Virus record (IMG/VR): IMGVR_UViG_3300029267_003207
Length of the DNA stretch: 64,000 nucleotides
Strand: one strand, 5' to 3'
DNA from: a virus
Lineage: Duplodnaviria > Heunggongvirae > Uroviricota > Caudoviricetes
Shown: one piece after another, positions 18,239-27,271 of the stretch
Layout: each line of letters begins with the position of its first letter
How positions within the stretch are numbered: the first letter of the stretch is position 1
The notes under the pieces: generated by a model
The model's database searches: none
Seen by the model: only the letters and a program-made list of their open reading frames with translations
What the model was told of the DNA's origin: nothing
Made by a program: the position numbers and the translations under genes

Positions 18239-20098
18239 TTATCCATTATATACCTCTCTGATGATAAGGGGTTTACGTTCTTTCTTTACTTCTTCTTGAT
18301 CCCCAAATTCCATCAAGTAATCTATTGCTCTCTCGAACCATAATGGTTCTTCACCAGAGAAGATAGCTTTCTTGATGTCGAGATTCTGAAGATGCTTTTT
18401 CTTTTCTCGCCATTCTCCAGTATTAACGATTTGAGCTAATTTATTTATCCATTCTTCCTCGCTGTATGTATTCCAATCTTCCATGCCGACCCGTCGATTC
18501 AAAACAGTTCCCACTTTAGTTCGGAATGTATCTCCATCGCAATTAAGAAATGGCATATCAAGATATAAAGCTTCAACCAAAGTATTGAAACAACCAAAGT
18601 TACTTGGAGTAGAATTAAGAAGTATGTCCGAGTTCTCTTCCGTGTGTTTCATATAATCAAAGTATTCAAACTCCGACCAAACTTTTGCTTTATCTCCAAA
18701 TATAGCATGGATATCTCGCATGAATGGAAGTACAGCACAATTTCGGTTGATAGAAATGCTAGGATAAAAATGCAACTTGGCCGGTTTCTCAAATTTATCA
18801 ACCGCTTTCTTTAGGTTCATAAGCAGTGGGTAGCAATACTTATCGGGTCCCCAAGTTGCTTGAATTATTACTTCATCGTGGTCCTTGACAATTCCACGTT
18901 TCTGGTAATTTGGATAAGATGCTAGACACCCCATACCCGGAATCAAAACCATCCGCTCGGTGTACTTATCCTGGACCTTAGAAATATCTTCAACTTCTTC
19001 ACCACCAAGGAAGTAATCAATCTTACTTCCAAAGGTACTGGCTGGATGTCCGTAGCTCATAACTTGAATCGGTGCAAGACGCAAATTGCTCATTAGAACA
19101 CTTTCCGGTGTCATTCCAATATCAGCATAGTATAGCATCTTGAAATCATTTTTAGTGATTCCTTCAATTCCGCTGTCTTCAAGATAGATCACGTCGTCGA
19201 AACAATCCGTCATGAGTTCTCTCGGCTTATAGCCAGTATGTATCAATGTCACATGGTACTTTCCAAACAGTCGCTCAATTAATGGTCGAGCACTTTTACA
19301 CACCGCGCTATTAGGAAACCATTTAGAAGTAACAAGGGCGATCTTGTTATCCTTTGGTGTATTTACTATATTAAGATCAATACTTTGACGTTGACAAGCA
19401 TTGTTGATCTTAGGCTTGTGGACAGCGTCGCAGTCTCCATCAATATAGCTTGAACTGAAATAAGTCACATGGCAAGAATCTTCAAACACAGTTAGACGGT
19501 CATCAGTTTCCTGATAAAATCGTTTCATGTTTTTATAGAGAAGCTCACTTGTAGGACTGGCACTAGGAGCCAACGCTGAGATATACCAACGAGAAGCCAA
19601 ACCAGGGTTAATGTCAAAGAACTTACTTATAGGTAACTGAAGCTCATTACGAACAGTGTATAGAAAGCAAACCTTTGGTAAATTATTTTCCTGCGCAAGA
19701 ACAACTTGAAGAACTGCATCTGTCGTCTTGTAAAGCGACATAGCAACCACGTTGGCAAAAATATGGCAATTTGCCGCATAGATTAAAACTCTATCCTTTG
19801 GCACTAGAAAATTTGGATCTGCCATTACTGAAAAAACGGTGGTTACGAACCTGTTCAACAACCTAAGACCGGTTTCGTCTAATCTTCGCAACGTGTTTTC
19901 AGAGTAAAAACGTAGTACTTTTAAAATTGCCTCACTTACAACTCTGTTATCGCCCCTAGAAATAGTTTTAATAATTTCGCGGTGATCCAAAGCTGGAATC
20001 GGGCCGCTATTATCGATCAGCTTGTTCAACTTCAAATTTTCATTTGACTCATGCTTCTTGGCCCACTTGCGATTATGTCGTCTATTCTTTTTGCTCAA
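18239..20098 (-). CDS. GT41-family (O-GlcNAc-transferase-like) glycosyltransferase
   Basis: LRLAPIQVMSYGHPASTFGSKIDYFLGGE parallels the OGT catalytic-domain block (R)PAPIQVSWLGYPGTTGA..MDYIITD. The C-terminus parallels the OGT C-lobe (NCDGDTFRTKVGTVLNRRVGMEDW vs LCNGHTTG..LASRVAASQL). Confidence 0.55.
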   Translation of the reverse strand: MSKKNRRHNRKWAKKHESNENLKLNKLIDNSGPIPALDHREIIKTISRGDNRVVSEAILKVLRFYSENTLRRLDETGLRLLNRFVTTVFSVMADPNFLVPKDRVLIYAANCHIFANVVAMSLYKTTDAVLQVVLAQENNLPKVCFLYTVRNELQLPISKFFDINPGLASRWYISALAPSASPTSELLYKNMKRFYQETDDRLTVFEDSCHVTYFSSSYIDGDCDAVHKPKINNACQRQSIDLNIVNTPKDNKIALVTSKWFPNSAVCKSARPLIERLFGKYHVTLIHTGYKPRELMTDCFDDVIYLEDSGIEGITKNDFKMLYYADIGMTPESVLMSNLRLAPIQVMSYGHPASTFGSKIDYFLGGEEVEDISKVQDKYTERMVLIPGMGCLASYPNYQKRGIVKDHDEVIIQATWGPDKYCYPLLMNLKKAVDKFEKPAKLHFYPSISINRNCAVLPFMRDIHAIFGDKAKVWSEFEYFDYMKHTEENSDILLNSTPSNFGCFNTLVEALYLDMPFLNCDGDTFRTKVGTVLNRRVGMEDWNTYSEEEWINKLAQIVNTGEWREKKKHLQNLDIKKAIFSGEEPLWFERAIDYLMEFGDQEEVKKERKPLIIREVYNG

Positions 20099-20586
20099 AT
20101 TTTCACCTTTTTTCCACTAACTAAAACCTCTGAACCTATATCTTCCAATATTATAAGCTTAATGCCAGCTCTCCTGAGAATTTTATGCCCCAACTCAATT
20201 TGTTTTTTCCATGCTGGCATTGCGTCAATTGCTGCTTTAGAGGTTATAACCTCTTTAATTTCTGCTGCTACTATGGCCTTTGCGCACTCAGTACAACAAG
20301 CTGCCGTGGCTGCTAATCCAACATCGTGTGGGTGACAATTTTTTAAGTATTCGTATAATGCTGCTTGTTCCGCATGAAGCATAATTGGATATTTATCAAA
20401 CTTCTCAAGATCACTAATTTCAAAACCCTTTGAAAGCTTATTAGGCTCAGAGCTAAGAATCTCAAATGTCTCAAGATCATAGACTATGGCACAAATTTGT
20501 GTTCTCGGATCATCGCTGTCATTAGTTCCTAAAGCAGCTTGTCTTAATAACCATTTGTGATCTCTAAAAGTTGAATAATATCTCAT
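20095..20586 (-). CDS. dCMP deaminase
   Basis: Zinc ligand motifs HAEQAA and AACCTECAKAI (PCxxC). Confidence 0.8.
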   Translation of the reverse strand: MRYYSTFRDHKWLLRQAALGTNDSDDPRTQICAIVYDLETFEILSSEPNKLSKGFEISDLEKFDKYPIMLHAEQAALYEYLKNCHPHDVGLAATAACCTECAKAIVAAEIKEVITSKAAIDAMPAWKKQIELGHKILRRAGIKLIILEDIGSEVLVSGKKVKI

Positions 20587-21632
20587 ACTCTTCCCACCAT
20601 ATCATTGCTATAGGTGTATGTGTCTATCCCCCCTAGTTCCTTATAAATATCATTTGCCCTCCAAGGCGTTGTGACAAAGACCTTATCCAGTTTAAGCTCT
20701 TTACGCCCTTTGATTCTCTGGCCTGTTCCAGGCACATACTTTCCAACCTTACGGATGTCCGAATCATAAATCTCACTTGTGTTTGGGGTGAGATGGTTTA
20801 AAAAAGAAGCGCCCTTACCGGCAGCGCCCCAGAAAGCAATTTCACCAGCAATATCGTCAATCTGCTTCTTTAAACTCGCGAAATCAAATCCAGGGCAAAC
20901 TGGTATCTCGTAATGAGTTGGTTTATATCCTTTATCTTTTACACCAATGAATGTGAGAACTGTTCCACAGTTATTGACGAACAAAACTCTCATTCGCAAA
21001 CCAGCATTGCATAATAAAGTTATAAGACTGTTACGTGAGAAATTTTGCGGATGTGCTGGCATGAAATCACAGAACCATTTTCTCTCAAGTGTCTTTTCGA
21101 CATTAGGAACTTCGATAAAGAAAAGAGCATCATCGCCAGCCTCGCCAACTATTTGGTTTATTATTTTTCGAGGTTCTAGAAAATGCTCAAGTGTATGACG
21201 AAGAATAATGGTGTCCGGATTTATCTCACTAATCAAACCGTGTCTTGGGTTAGTTAAAACAGTGTGTCGGTCGGATTTACCGTTGGGGTCTATACAATAA
21301 CCTTTATCTGTTATCAAATCTAAAAACCCACAGTCCCCGCCACCAATATCCAAACACTTCTCACAAGGTGAGAACTCCTTCAAAAGCCCGGCTTGTTTCT
21401 TAACATGTCTGCCCCAGCCACCATTATACATTGGGTACTCTGAATACTCCAAATATATATCTTCTTCATTATAAACATGCTGGCACTTATAGCACATCTT
21501 CATCTCAAGCATGTGCATAGGAACGGATACAGCTTCAATATAACTTTCGGGAAGCTTGGTACAGGCATCTGGTGCTTGACCTGAAAAAATTAGTTTGGTT
21601 CTTGTGCTTCCACAGACTGGACATTCGCGCAT
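20583..21632 (-). CDS. SAM-dependent C-methyltransferase (sugar C-methyltransferase-like, TylC3/Methyltransf_13-14 architecture)
   Basis: N-terminal zinc ribbon CPVCGS...CYKCQ, SAM motif I LDIGGGDCGFL, and a long C-terminal domain as in NDP-sugar C3-methyltransferases. Confidence 0.6.
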   Translation of the reverse strand: MRECPVCGSTRTKLIFSGQAPDACTKLPESYIEAVSVPMHMLEMKMCYKCQHVYNEEDIYLEYSEYPMYNGGWGRHVKKQAGLLKEFSPCEKCLDIGGGDCGFLDLITDKGYCIDPNGKSDRHTVLTNPRHGLISEINPDTIILRHTLEHFLEPRKIINQIVGEAGDDALFFIEVPNVEKTLERKWFCDFMPAHPQNFSRNSLITLLCNAGLRMRVLFVNNCGTVLTFIGVKDKGYKPTHYEIPVCPGFDFASLKKQIDDIAGEIAFWGAAGKGASFLNHLTPNTSEIYDSDIRKVGKYVPGTGQRIKGRKELKLDKVFVTTPWRANDIYKELGGIDTYTYSNDMVGRV

Positions 21633-21790
21633 ATATCTATTCCTTGTTCATGTGCTTGCGTAACTAGTCGAAGATAAAGTCGAAAGAGAAAATTACCTTC
21701 TTCCACAGTTTTGATTTTGTCTAAATCACGACCAACAATATCTATTAGCTTTTCAATTTGTTTAGATGATAGTTCAAGTTGCATAAACAA
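21590..21790 (-). CDS. hypothetical protein
   Basis: 66-aa ORF. Confidence 0.3.
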   Translation of the reverse strand: MFMQLELSSKQIEKLIDIVGRDLDKIKTVEEGNFLFRLYLRLVTQAHEQGIDICANVQSVEAQEPN

Positions 21791-22103
21791 AATCCTTTGC
21801 TTTAAGAAGCATTTTTATCTGTCTATCCGTAAGATAAGACATCCGAATTGCTTCTTCGGTAATCTTAGAAGACGGACTAACATTCACAAAAGACCTAATC
21901 AATTGTGAAACCAACTGCCTAGCAGAATAATTATCGTGCTCACTAATCTCCTCTTGAAGTTCGTGAATACGATTATTCGTTAGAAGCAAAAGTTTCCAAG
22001 TATACTTAGACTTAGAAATATCTTCTTCAAGGTCCTCAAGCATTCGGCGGCAAAACTGAAGCTTCTTTAGAGCCTTAGTTTTTCCTTTATCATTATGAAT
22101 CAT
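21774..22103 (-). CDS. hypothetical protein
   Basis: 109-aa ORF. Confidence 0.3.
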   Translation of the reverse strand: MIHNDKGKTKALKKLQFCRRMLEDLEEDISKSKYTWKLLLLTNNRIHELQEEISEHDNYSARQLVSQLIRSFVNVSPSSKITEEAIRMSYLTDRQIKMLLKAKDFVYAT

Positions 22104-22306
22104 ATTTTCTCCAAAATAAAATGCTTATTTAACTTATAGTCTGTTTGCCAAATGGCTTGTTTAACTAATGAATGGGTAGCTGGAAGACTATTAGATATGG
22201 CGGTAACCACAGTGAAAAAAGAAACTGGTGCATTCTTATCAAGATAGTTTTCTACTGATTTTTGAATAGTTAGTCTATCGAAAACGTAATCTGTTATGCT
22301 GAGCAC
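22100..22306 (-). CDS. hypothetical protein
   Basis: 68-aa ORF. Confidence 0.3.
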   Translation of the reverse strand: MLSITDYVFDRLTIQKSVENYLDKNAPVSFFTVVTAISNSLPATHSLVKQAIWQTDYKLNKHFILEKI

Positions 22307-23118
22307 TTACTACTCCAAATGGGTTTGACTTCTTTGTTTCCGTTTTCAACTTTCATATGATCTGAATGATTCTTGTATAACTCTAAATTATTTATATCGT
22401 CATTTAGATTGTTTCTATCTATATGGTGTACACTTTCCTCTTTTGATAAGGGTCTGCCTAATGCTTTGGCAACAATTAACCTATACCTTGGGACATAACC
22501 ATCAGAATGAGACATTTCTGAAAATTCTTTCGGGCATTTTACTAATACTGCTCGTGTGTGAACTTTATTAGTGAAGCCTTGTTCTATCTTTTCTCTGTAA
22601 AAATCTTTACCTCTCCCGCTCCAAATAGGCTGCGCAGTAAGATTGTTTCTATGAAAAGCTTTATGTGCTGCCCTAGTTTCGAAAAGTTCTAAATTCTCTA
22701 ACCTGTTATCAGTCTTATCTTCATTCACATGGTGTACTGCTTCTTTCTTCAATAAAGGGCGTCCAATTGCCTGAGCAACGATCAATCTATGTTCAGCTAC
22801 TCTACCAGCTTCCGTAGACATGCTCAAATAATCCTTTGGGCATTGTACATATCTATAAGAAACATTTGTCTTCCAACTATGGTGGTTCTTTCCTTTTGGT
22901 TTAACTAATTTCGAGTGTCCTATGCCGACGCACCTGTGGCTACAATACACGTTGTTGAGAATGTTCTTTGGTGTGCGTTCTATTTCTTTGCCACAAATAC
23001 AGCAGTGAACTTTCACTTTTTTACTCTTCAATTTATCTGCGCACACACAACTACAACACACCTGATTTTTACGTCTAGTGGAATACTTTTTATTACACTG
23101 TTTACACACTTTAATCAT
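22294..23118 (-). CDS. HNH homing endonuclease (two HNH_3-like repeats plus zinc finger)
   Basis: AEHRLIVAQAIGRPLLKKEAVHHVNEDKTDNRLENL and RYRLIVAKALGRPLSKEESVHHIDRNNLNDDINNL. N-terminal CKQCNKK..CCSCVC. Confidence 0.7.
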   Translation of the reverse strand: MIKVCKQCNKKYSTRRKNQVCCSCVCADKLKSKKVKVHCCICGKEIERTPKNILNNVYCSHRCVGIGHSKLVKPKGKNHHSWKTNVSYRYVQCPKDYLSMSTEAGRVAEHRLIVAQAIGRPLLKKEAVHHVNEDKTDNRLENLELFETRAAHKAFHRNNLTAQPIWSGRGKDFYREKIEQGFTNKVHTRAVLVKCPKEFSEMSHSDGYVPRYRLIVAKALGRPLSKEESVHHIDRNNLNDDINNLELYKNHSDHMKVENGNKEVKPIWSSKCSA

Positions 23119-25001
23119 AGAACATCCTCAAACTCCCCTAATGCCATCAGTTCCAGCTTTCTATTATCCTTTAGAACTTCAAGAACTTTTTCATCAGTAG
23201 GCAAATGGATAAGATCAACAATTTGGCAACCTTTATTGTTATCCATTCCAATTCGATGGCATCTATCCTCTGCTTGAAGCCTATTCTCTGGGCTAAAATC
23301 TGAGTCCCAAAAACATACAGTTCTTGATTCAGTAAGATTCAAGCCCATTCCACCAGAAGCAGGATGTGCCACGAATGCAACTTTTTCAGTATCACCGTGC
23401 CAGTAGTCAAGAACATCAGTAGTAAGTTGCTGCGTACTAGCGGCATCATATACATTCCACCCTCTTCCGTCAACTTGACACACGCTCCATGATTGTGACA
23501 AGCAAATTTTACGAATTCTGTCAATGCTGCCAGTGAAGCAAGCAAAAATTACAATTCGCCCCTGCTCTTCATTCTCCTCAAGAACTGTTTTAAGAGCCTC
23601 TTCTTTAGGTGTGGGTATTTCTTTTGCATACCTAACTTTATTTGGAACTTCTCCGGTTCCCCTACAAGTCGGACAGTCTCTTTCTACTTTTTCAAACCTT
23701 GCAAGCTGTTCTTCAGACAAAAGCTCTCCACTCTCATAAATTCGTTCAGGGCTTTCTGAATCCTGCCAAATTTCAGTTCTTCCTGTTCCTTCACAAACTG
23801 GGCACTTCTTAGTTCCATCAGTTTTTTCCATATAGCAGAAACCACTGGACAATTCACGGAGTCTAGTAAGCCCTTCGATTGTGGACTTCGAAGCCTTTAG
23901 TAGAGCTTTGGCAACTCTTACAGTCTTAGCATCGGGCTCACAACGAATCATTCTGTATACCTTATCAGGAAGATCGAGACAATCTTTTTTTAGTTTAACA
24001 TTGACAAGACCCCTGAGTCGATCAGATAGCTTGGCGACCTCGTTCACACTCTTCTTGTACTTGTGGCCTTCATGCTCTTCATCTGGCAACTTACCACAAA
24101 TAGCGCACTTATTTTCATTATCAAGCCAAGTGCTACGCGAATAGAATTTACCCTGTGGTGTTTCTTTTAATTCAAAGATACCAAGTCGCTGTTCAAAAGC
24201 CTTATAACTTCCTTCTCTCAGAAAGCCCGGAAAAGTTACTTCTGCTTGGCTCCACCACTCGCAAGGACTCTTAGGAGCAACAGTACCAGACATTAGAACA
24301 ATGTAACCATCTTGCCCATGTTCCTCCCTAATAGCGTCAGCAAGAGCCTGAGCGGCCTTAGTGCGTTGTGCATTAGGAGACTTAACGCGAGATGATTCAT
24401 CGAACACGACGCCTTGTGGAGCCGGATCACCTGGAGTCCAAGTCTTCATACGCTTAACAAGACCTTGGTAAGTGAGCATCTCGACATTCAGACTTGGATC
24501 AATTTCCCACTTAATAAATTCACGCTCTACTGCATTCAAACCAGAACGCGGACCAACCCAGAACCAATTCTTGGCGTCAGAAAGCTCCATTGCAGAAATG
24601 GCAGACAAGCTCTTGCCGACCCCCATCGAAGCGGCCAAAATAACCGTTCGATAGGTAAGAATATGGTCAGCTAAATCCTTCTGATGCTCATACAACGAAC
24701 GAGGATACTCATGCCTAATCAGCGGACGGTCAAACCACTCAAAGATATTTTCGCCCATCAGGTAGCGTAATTGAATAGTATTGCGTCGGCAATTATCAAC
24801 TCGCCAACATTTCTTCGGAGGGTCATCGAATCCAAGCCATTTTGCACCTTTTAGACATTTAATTTCATCCTTTAGTGCAAAAGGACTACTAATAAATTCA
24901 ATGTGATTCTCAGTGACCTTTAGCTTCACAGGCATCTTAACAAGCTTGCCGCGCTTATTAGGAACCTTTAGGGTGAGATTAGCATACTTAGGATACATCA
25001 A
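23115..25001 (-). CDS. SNF2-family (DEAD/DEAH-like) helicase with inserted zinc ribbon
   Basis: Walker A AASMGVGKSLSA, motif II VFDESSRVKS, zinc ribbon CPVCEGTGR..CPTCRGTG, motif VI QAEDRCHRIGM. Confidence 0.75.
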   Translation of the reverse strand: MMYPKYANLTLKVPNKRGKLVKMPVKLKVTENHIEFISSPFALKDEIKCLKGAKWLGFDDPPKKCWRVDNCRRNTIQLRYLMGENIFEWFDRPLIRHEYPRSLYEHQKDLADHILTYRTVILAASMGVGKSLSAISAMELSDAKNWFWVGPRSGLNAVEREFIKWEIDPSLNVEMLTYQGLVKRMKTWTPGDPAPQGVVFDESSRVKSPNAQRTKAAQALADAIREEHGQDGYIVLMSGTVAPKSPCEWWSQAEVTFPGFLREGSYKAFEQRLGIFELKETPQGKFYSRSTWLDNENKCAICGKLPDEEHEGHKYKKSVNEVAKLSDRLRGLVNVKLKKDCLDLPDKVYRMIRCEPDAKTVRVAKALLKASKSTIEGLTRLRELSSGFCYMEKTDGTKKCPVCEGTGRTEIWQDSESPERIYESGELLSEEQLARFEKVERDCPTCRGTGEVPNKVRYAKEIPTPKEEALKTVLEENEEQGRIVIFACFTGSIDRIRKICLSQSWSVCQVDGRGWNVYDAASTQQLTTDVLDYWHGDTEKVAFVAHPASGGMGLNLTESRTVCFWDSDFSPENRLQAEDRCHRIGMDNNKGCQIVDLIHLPTDEKVLEVLKDNRKLELMALGEFEDVL

Positions 25002-25396
25002 ATTCTTCCTCCACCAATTCGGTAGCTGATTTCCTGTAAGGTTTTCTTGACTTCTTCACTACATGCTTTAGTAAAGGCACCGTGAAAATCTCGTTTGCTT
25101 CCTACAAAGTAAACCAGACTCACGCCACGAAACTTGGTTTCAATTGAAATATGTGGAACCCCCAAAACTTCGATGAGTTCGACCATATCCAGCTCATCCA
25201 TTGCAACTAGAACGCCAATATGAGTCAAGACATCAGCATATCCAGGTTTTAGTTTATCAACCAGAGATGTGTAATGCTTCAAAGAACCGATAGACCCATC
25301 AACATCTCGCAGTGGGCTCTTATCGAGACATTGTTCAAACACTTCTGCCAATGTCTTGAGGTCTACGATAGGATGTGTAATGACCGCCACACTCAA
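24998..25396 (-). CDS. hypothetical protein
   Basis: 132-aa ORF, translationally coupled to its neighbours. Confidence 0.35.
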   Translation of the reverse strand: MSVAVITHPIVDLKTLAEVFEQCLDKSPLRDVDGSIGSLKHYTSLVDKLKPGYADVLTHIGVLVAMDELDMVELIEVLGVPHISIETKFRGVSLVYFVGSKRDFHGAFTKACSEEVKKTLQEISYRIGGGRI

Positions 25397-25671
25397 AGCT
25401 TCACCTGAAAGTCACCTGTTTCCCAGGCCCTGTCAAAATCTTCCATAGCTCTTTCTGGGCTTTCCCCGTAACCATAAATTCGGGCAACTATATCTTCTTC
25501 AAAGATATCTTGCGCAACTTTTTCATCCTCTAAACCACCAACACAAGCCCATTGGTCGCCATCAAAATAAATGAAGGACCTGTATAGATTAGCTGGACGA
25601 AGTCTTTGAAACAGGATGGCCTGGCGTAATTTTTCAGTTTCTAGTTTAGCTTCTATCAATGCTTCATCCAT
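25393..25671 (-). CDS. hypothetical protein
   Basis: 92-aa ORF. Confidence 0.35.
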   Translation of the reverse strand: MDEALIEAKLETEKLRQAILFQRLRPANLYRSFIYFDGDQWACVGGLEDEKVAQDIFEEDIVARIYGYGESPERAMEDFDRAWETGDFQVKL

Positions 25672-25942
25672 AATTTACTCCTAGTAATTTTGCCAGCTTT
25701 TCAGCTTTTTGTTCTATATCACGTTGCTCTTCTTCTGAGCGTAATGGTGCTTTATTAATAGTTATTTTAGAATCGCCATCTTTAATGGACCATTGAAATG
25801 CCACACCTTCATAAACAGGTTCTGGGAACTTAGATAAGGCTATAGCAGCAAATTCAATAGGTTGAGATGGATCGTCGAGATCATATAGCATACAATCCGC
25901 ATATTTAGTCTTGACACTATTAACAACTCCTTCGAATCTCAA
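25664..25942 (-). CDS. hypothetical protein
   Basis: 92-aa ORF. Confidence 0.35.
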   Translation of the reverse strand: MRFEGVVNSVKTKYADCMLYDLDDPSQPIEFAAIALSKFPEPVYEGVAFQWSIKDGDSKITINKAPLRSEEEQRDIEQKAEKLAKLLGVNYG

Positions 25943-26268
25943 TTAAATTTCCTCCAATCCCGGATAAACTGTTTAACCTTTCGGAACTTCCTGTTGTATT
26001 TCTCCTCAAAGATAAAATCAAAAGGCTCAATCTCGTCATCCATTAGATAATAACCGTTATCCAAAGCTTTGCCAAGAAGATTCATTGCTTGGAGAAAGGT
26101 CACTTTTTTATCATTTAGCAAGTTGTCAAGTTGCGTTGTTTCTTTACGAGTAAGTTCCAGTTCTTCGACTACATCATCACGTAATTCTGCAATTGCTTCT
26201 TCATGGTCTCGGGAATCAACAATGTCCTTGAACATGTTTCTAGTAATTTCAACAGCTTTATCTTCCAA
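25939..26268 (-). CDS. hypothetical protein (start uncertain)
   Basis: The predicted TTG start lies inside the TnpB-right-end-like repeat; an internal ATG start is more likely. Confidence 0.3.
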   Translation of the reverse strand: MEDKAVEITRNMFKDIVDSRDHEEAIAELRDDVVEELELTRKETTQLDNLLNDKKVTFLQAMNLLGKALDNGYYLMDDEIEPFDFIFEEKYNRKFRKVKQFIRDWRKFN

Positions 26269-26375
26269 GTCTCTAACTCCTTAATGTTAGTTCTCGTTTC
26301 AACGTCGGCCACCAGCAATATTGCTTGTAACCTTACCAACTCCACGAGCGTTAATTTCCGCTGACTCAGCGGTAT
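26262..26375 (-). mobile_element. Diverged second copy of the tnpB 3' end plus right end (solo RE / omega-RNA scaffold-like remnant)
   Basis: A ~114-nt direct repeat of 3612..3730 at about 85-90% identity with one indel. Similarity starts at the same boundary (tccaagtctctaactcc) and runs ~100 nt into tnpB-coding-like sequence, with no intact ORF. Confidence 0.6.
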
Positions 26376-26401
26376 GAAATTGCTTGGTTGTCACAATTTA
26401 G

Positions 26402-26476
26402 TCTGTGTGAGAGGATTCGAACCTCCGACCTCAGCGCCCCAAACGCCGCGCTCTAGCCAAGCTGAGCTACACACAG
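26402..26476 (-). tRNA. tRNA-Pro (anticodon UGG)
   Basis: The reverse complement folds: acceptor CTGTGTG/CACACAG, D-arm GCTC..GAGC, anticodon stem CGGCG/CGCTG with loop TTTGGGG, T-arm GGAGG-TTCGAAT-CCTCT. Confidence 0.65.
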
Positions 26477-26578
26477 AAAATGGCGGGTATGGGTGTTGAT
26501 CCCATCATCCAGAGCTTATGAAACTCCGGTGAGCACCGGCTCACCCGCGATATGAGACCCATTACCGGGTCTCTTTGT

Positions 26579-27271
26579 TTAACGCTCACGTCCGCGAGTA
26601 TCTTCCTCTGTATCGTCCGGACTGAGGAATTTTGTCACACGCTTTATGACTTCTTCGACAGATGGTTCAGTCGTGAACGGGGCCTTGCACTCCTTTACAA
26701 CGGACACATGCCAGCTTCCCTTCTTATTCTTGGCGTATCGAACACCTAGCGTTGCAGGAATAGGTCCATGTGGATCAGTTCCCTGTTGCTCGGCTGCTTC
26801 AGCGTTGAGCGGCAAATACGGATAAAGAGTCGGGCCAATTTTACGAGCAGATTTATTACAGAAGAACATCTCGTAAAACTGACACGTAGTCCGCTCATAG
26901 ACCAGGAAAGAGGGGCCATAGAGGCACCCCATTTCTCCCTTATCGCCGCGAGATACGATGTCCTTATATTCCTCCGAGTGCATATCAGTGCTGACAACAA
27001 CATTCTCAGAATCAGTAACATCCATAGCCTTAGCCCTCATGGCAAAGACAAGAATATCAATCTCATCACCTAGGTCAACAATTTCGTCCCCTGCTTGAGG
27101 AATGCCATAATGACCAGGAGCAACGGCTCCGGTATCAATGAATCGTCCTTTTGTATACAGTTGAATACGCCCAAGAAAATCTCCAACCTTGGAAATTTGC
27201 TGTAGTTCAGAAGGCGAAACAGTCGTACAGGGAAGAGAGGTGTAATCGTTCTTAACAAGTTCGTTACTCAT
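26579..27271 (-). CDS. hypothetical protein
   Basis: 230-aa ORF with no recognised motif. Two hairpins follow its 3' end (26490..26575). Confidence 0.45.
   Translation of the reverse strand: MSNELVKNDYTSLPCTTVSPSELQQISKVGDFLGRIQLYTKGRFIDTGAVAPGHYGIPQAGDEIVDLGDEIDILVFAMRAKAMDVTDSENVVVSTDMHSEEYKDIVSRGDKGEMGCLYGPSFLVYERTTCQFYEMFFCNKSARKIGPTLYPYLPLNAEAAEQQGTDPHGPIPATLGVRYAKNKKGSWHVSVVKECKAPFTTEPSVEEVIKRVTKFLSPDDTEEDTRGRER

Noticed and set aside
26480-26578. Possible third tRNA or structured RNA next to tRNA-Pro (sequence ggcgggtatgggtgttgatcccat... with hairpins ggtgagcaccggctcacc and gagacccattaccgggtctc)
   Set aside because: Hand folding gives no consistent cloverleaf: there is no proper D-arm or anticodon arm, and the apparent T-loop is non-canonical. 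It is more likely two tandem hairpins or terminators following the 26579..27271 gene.
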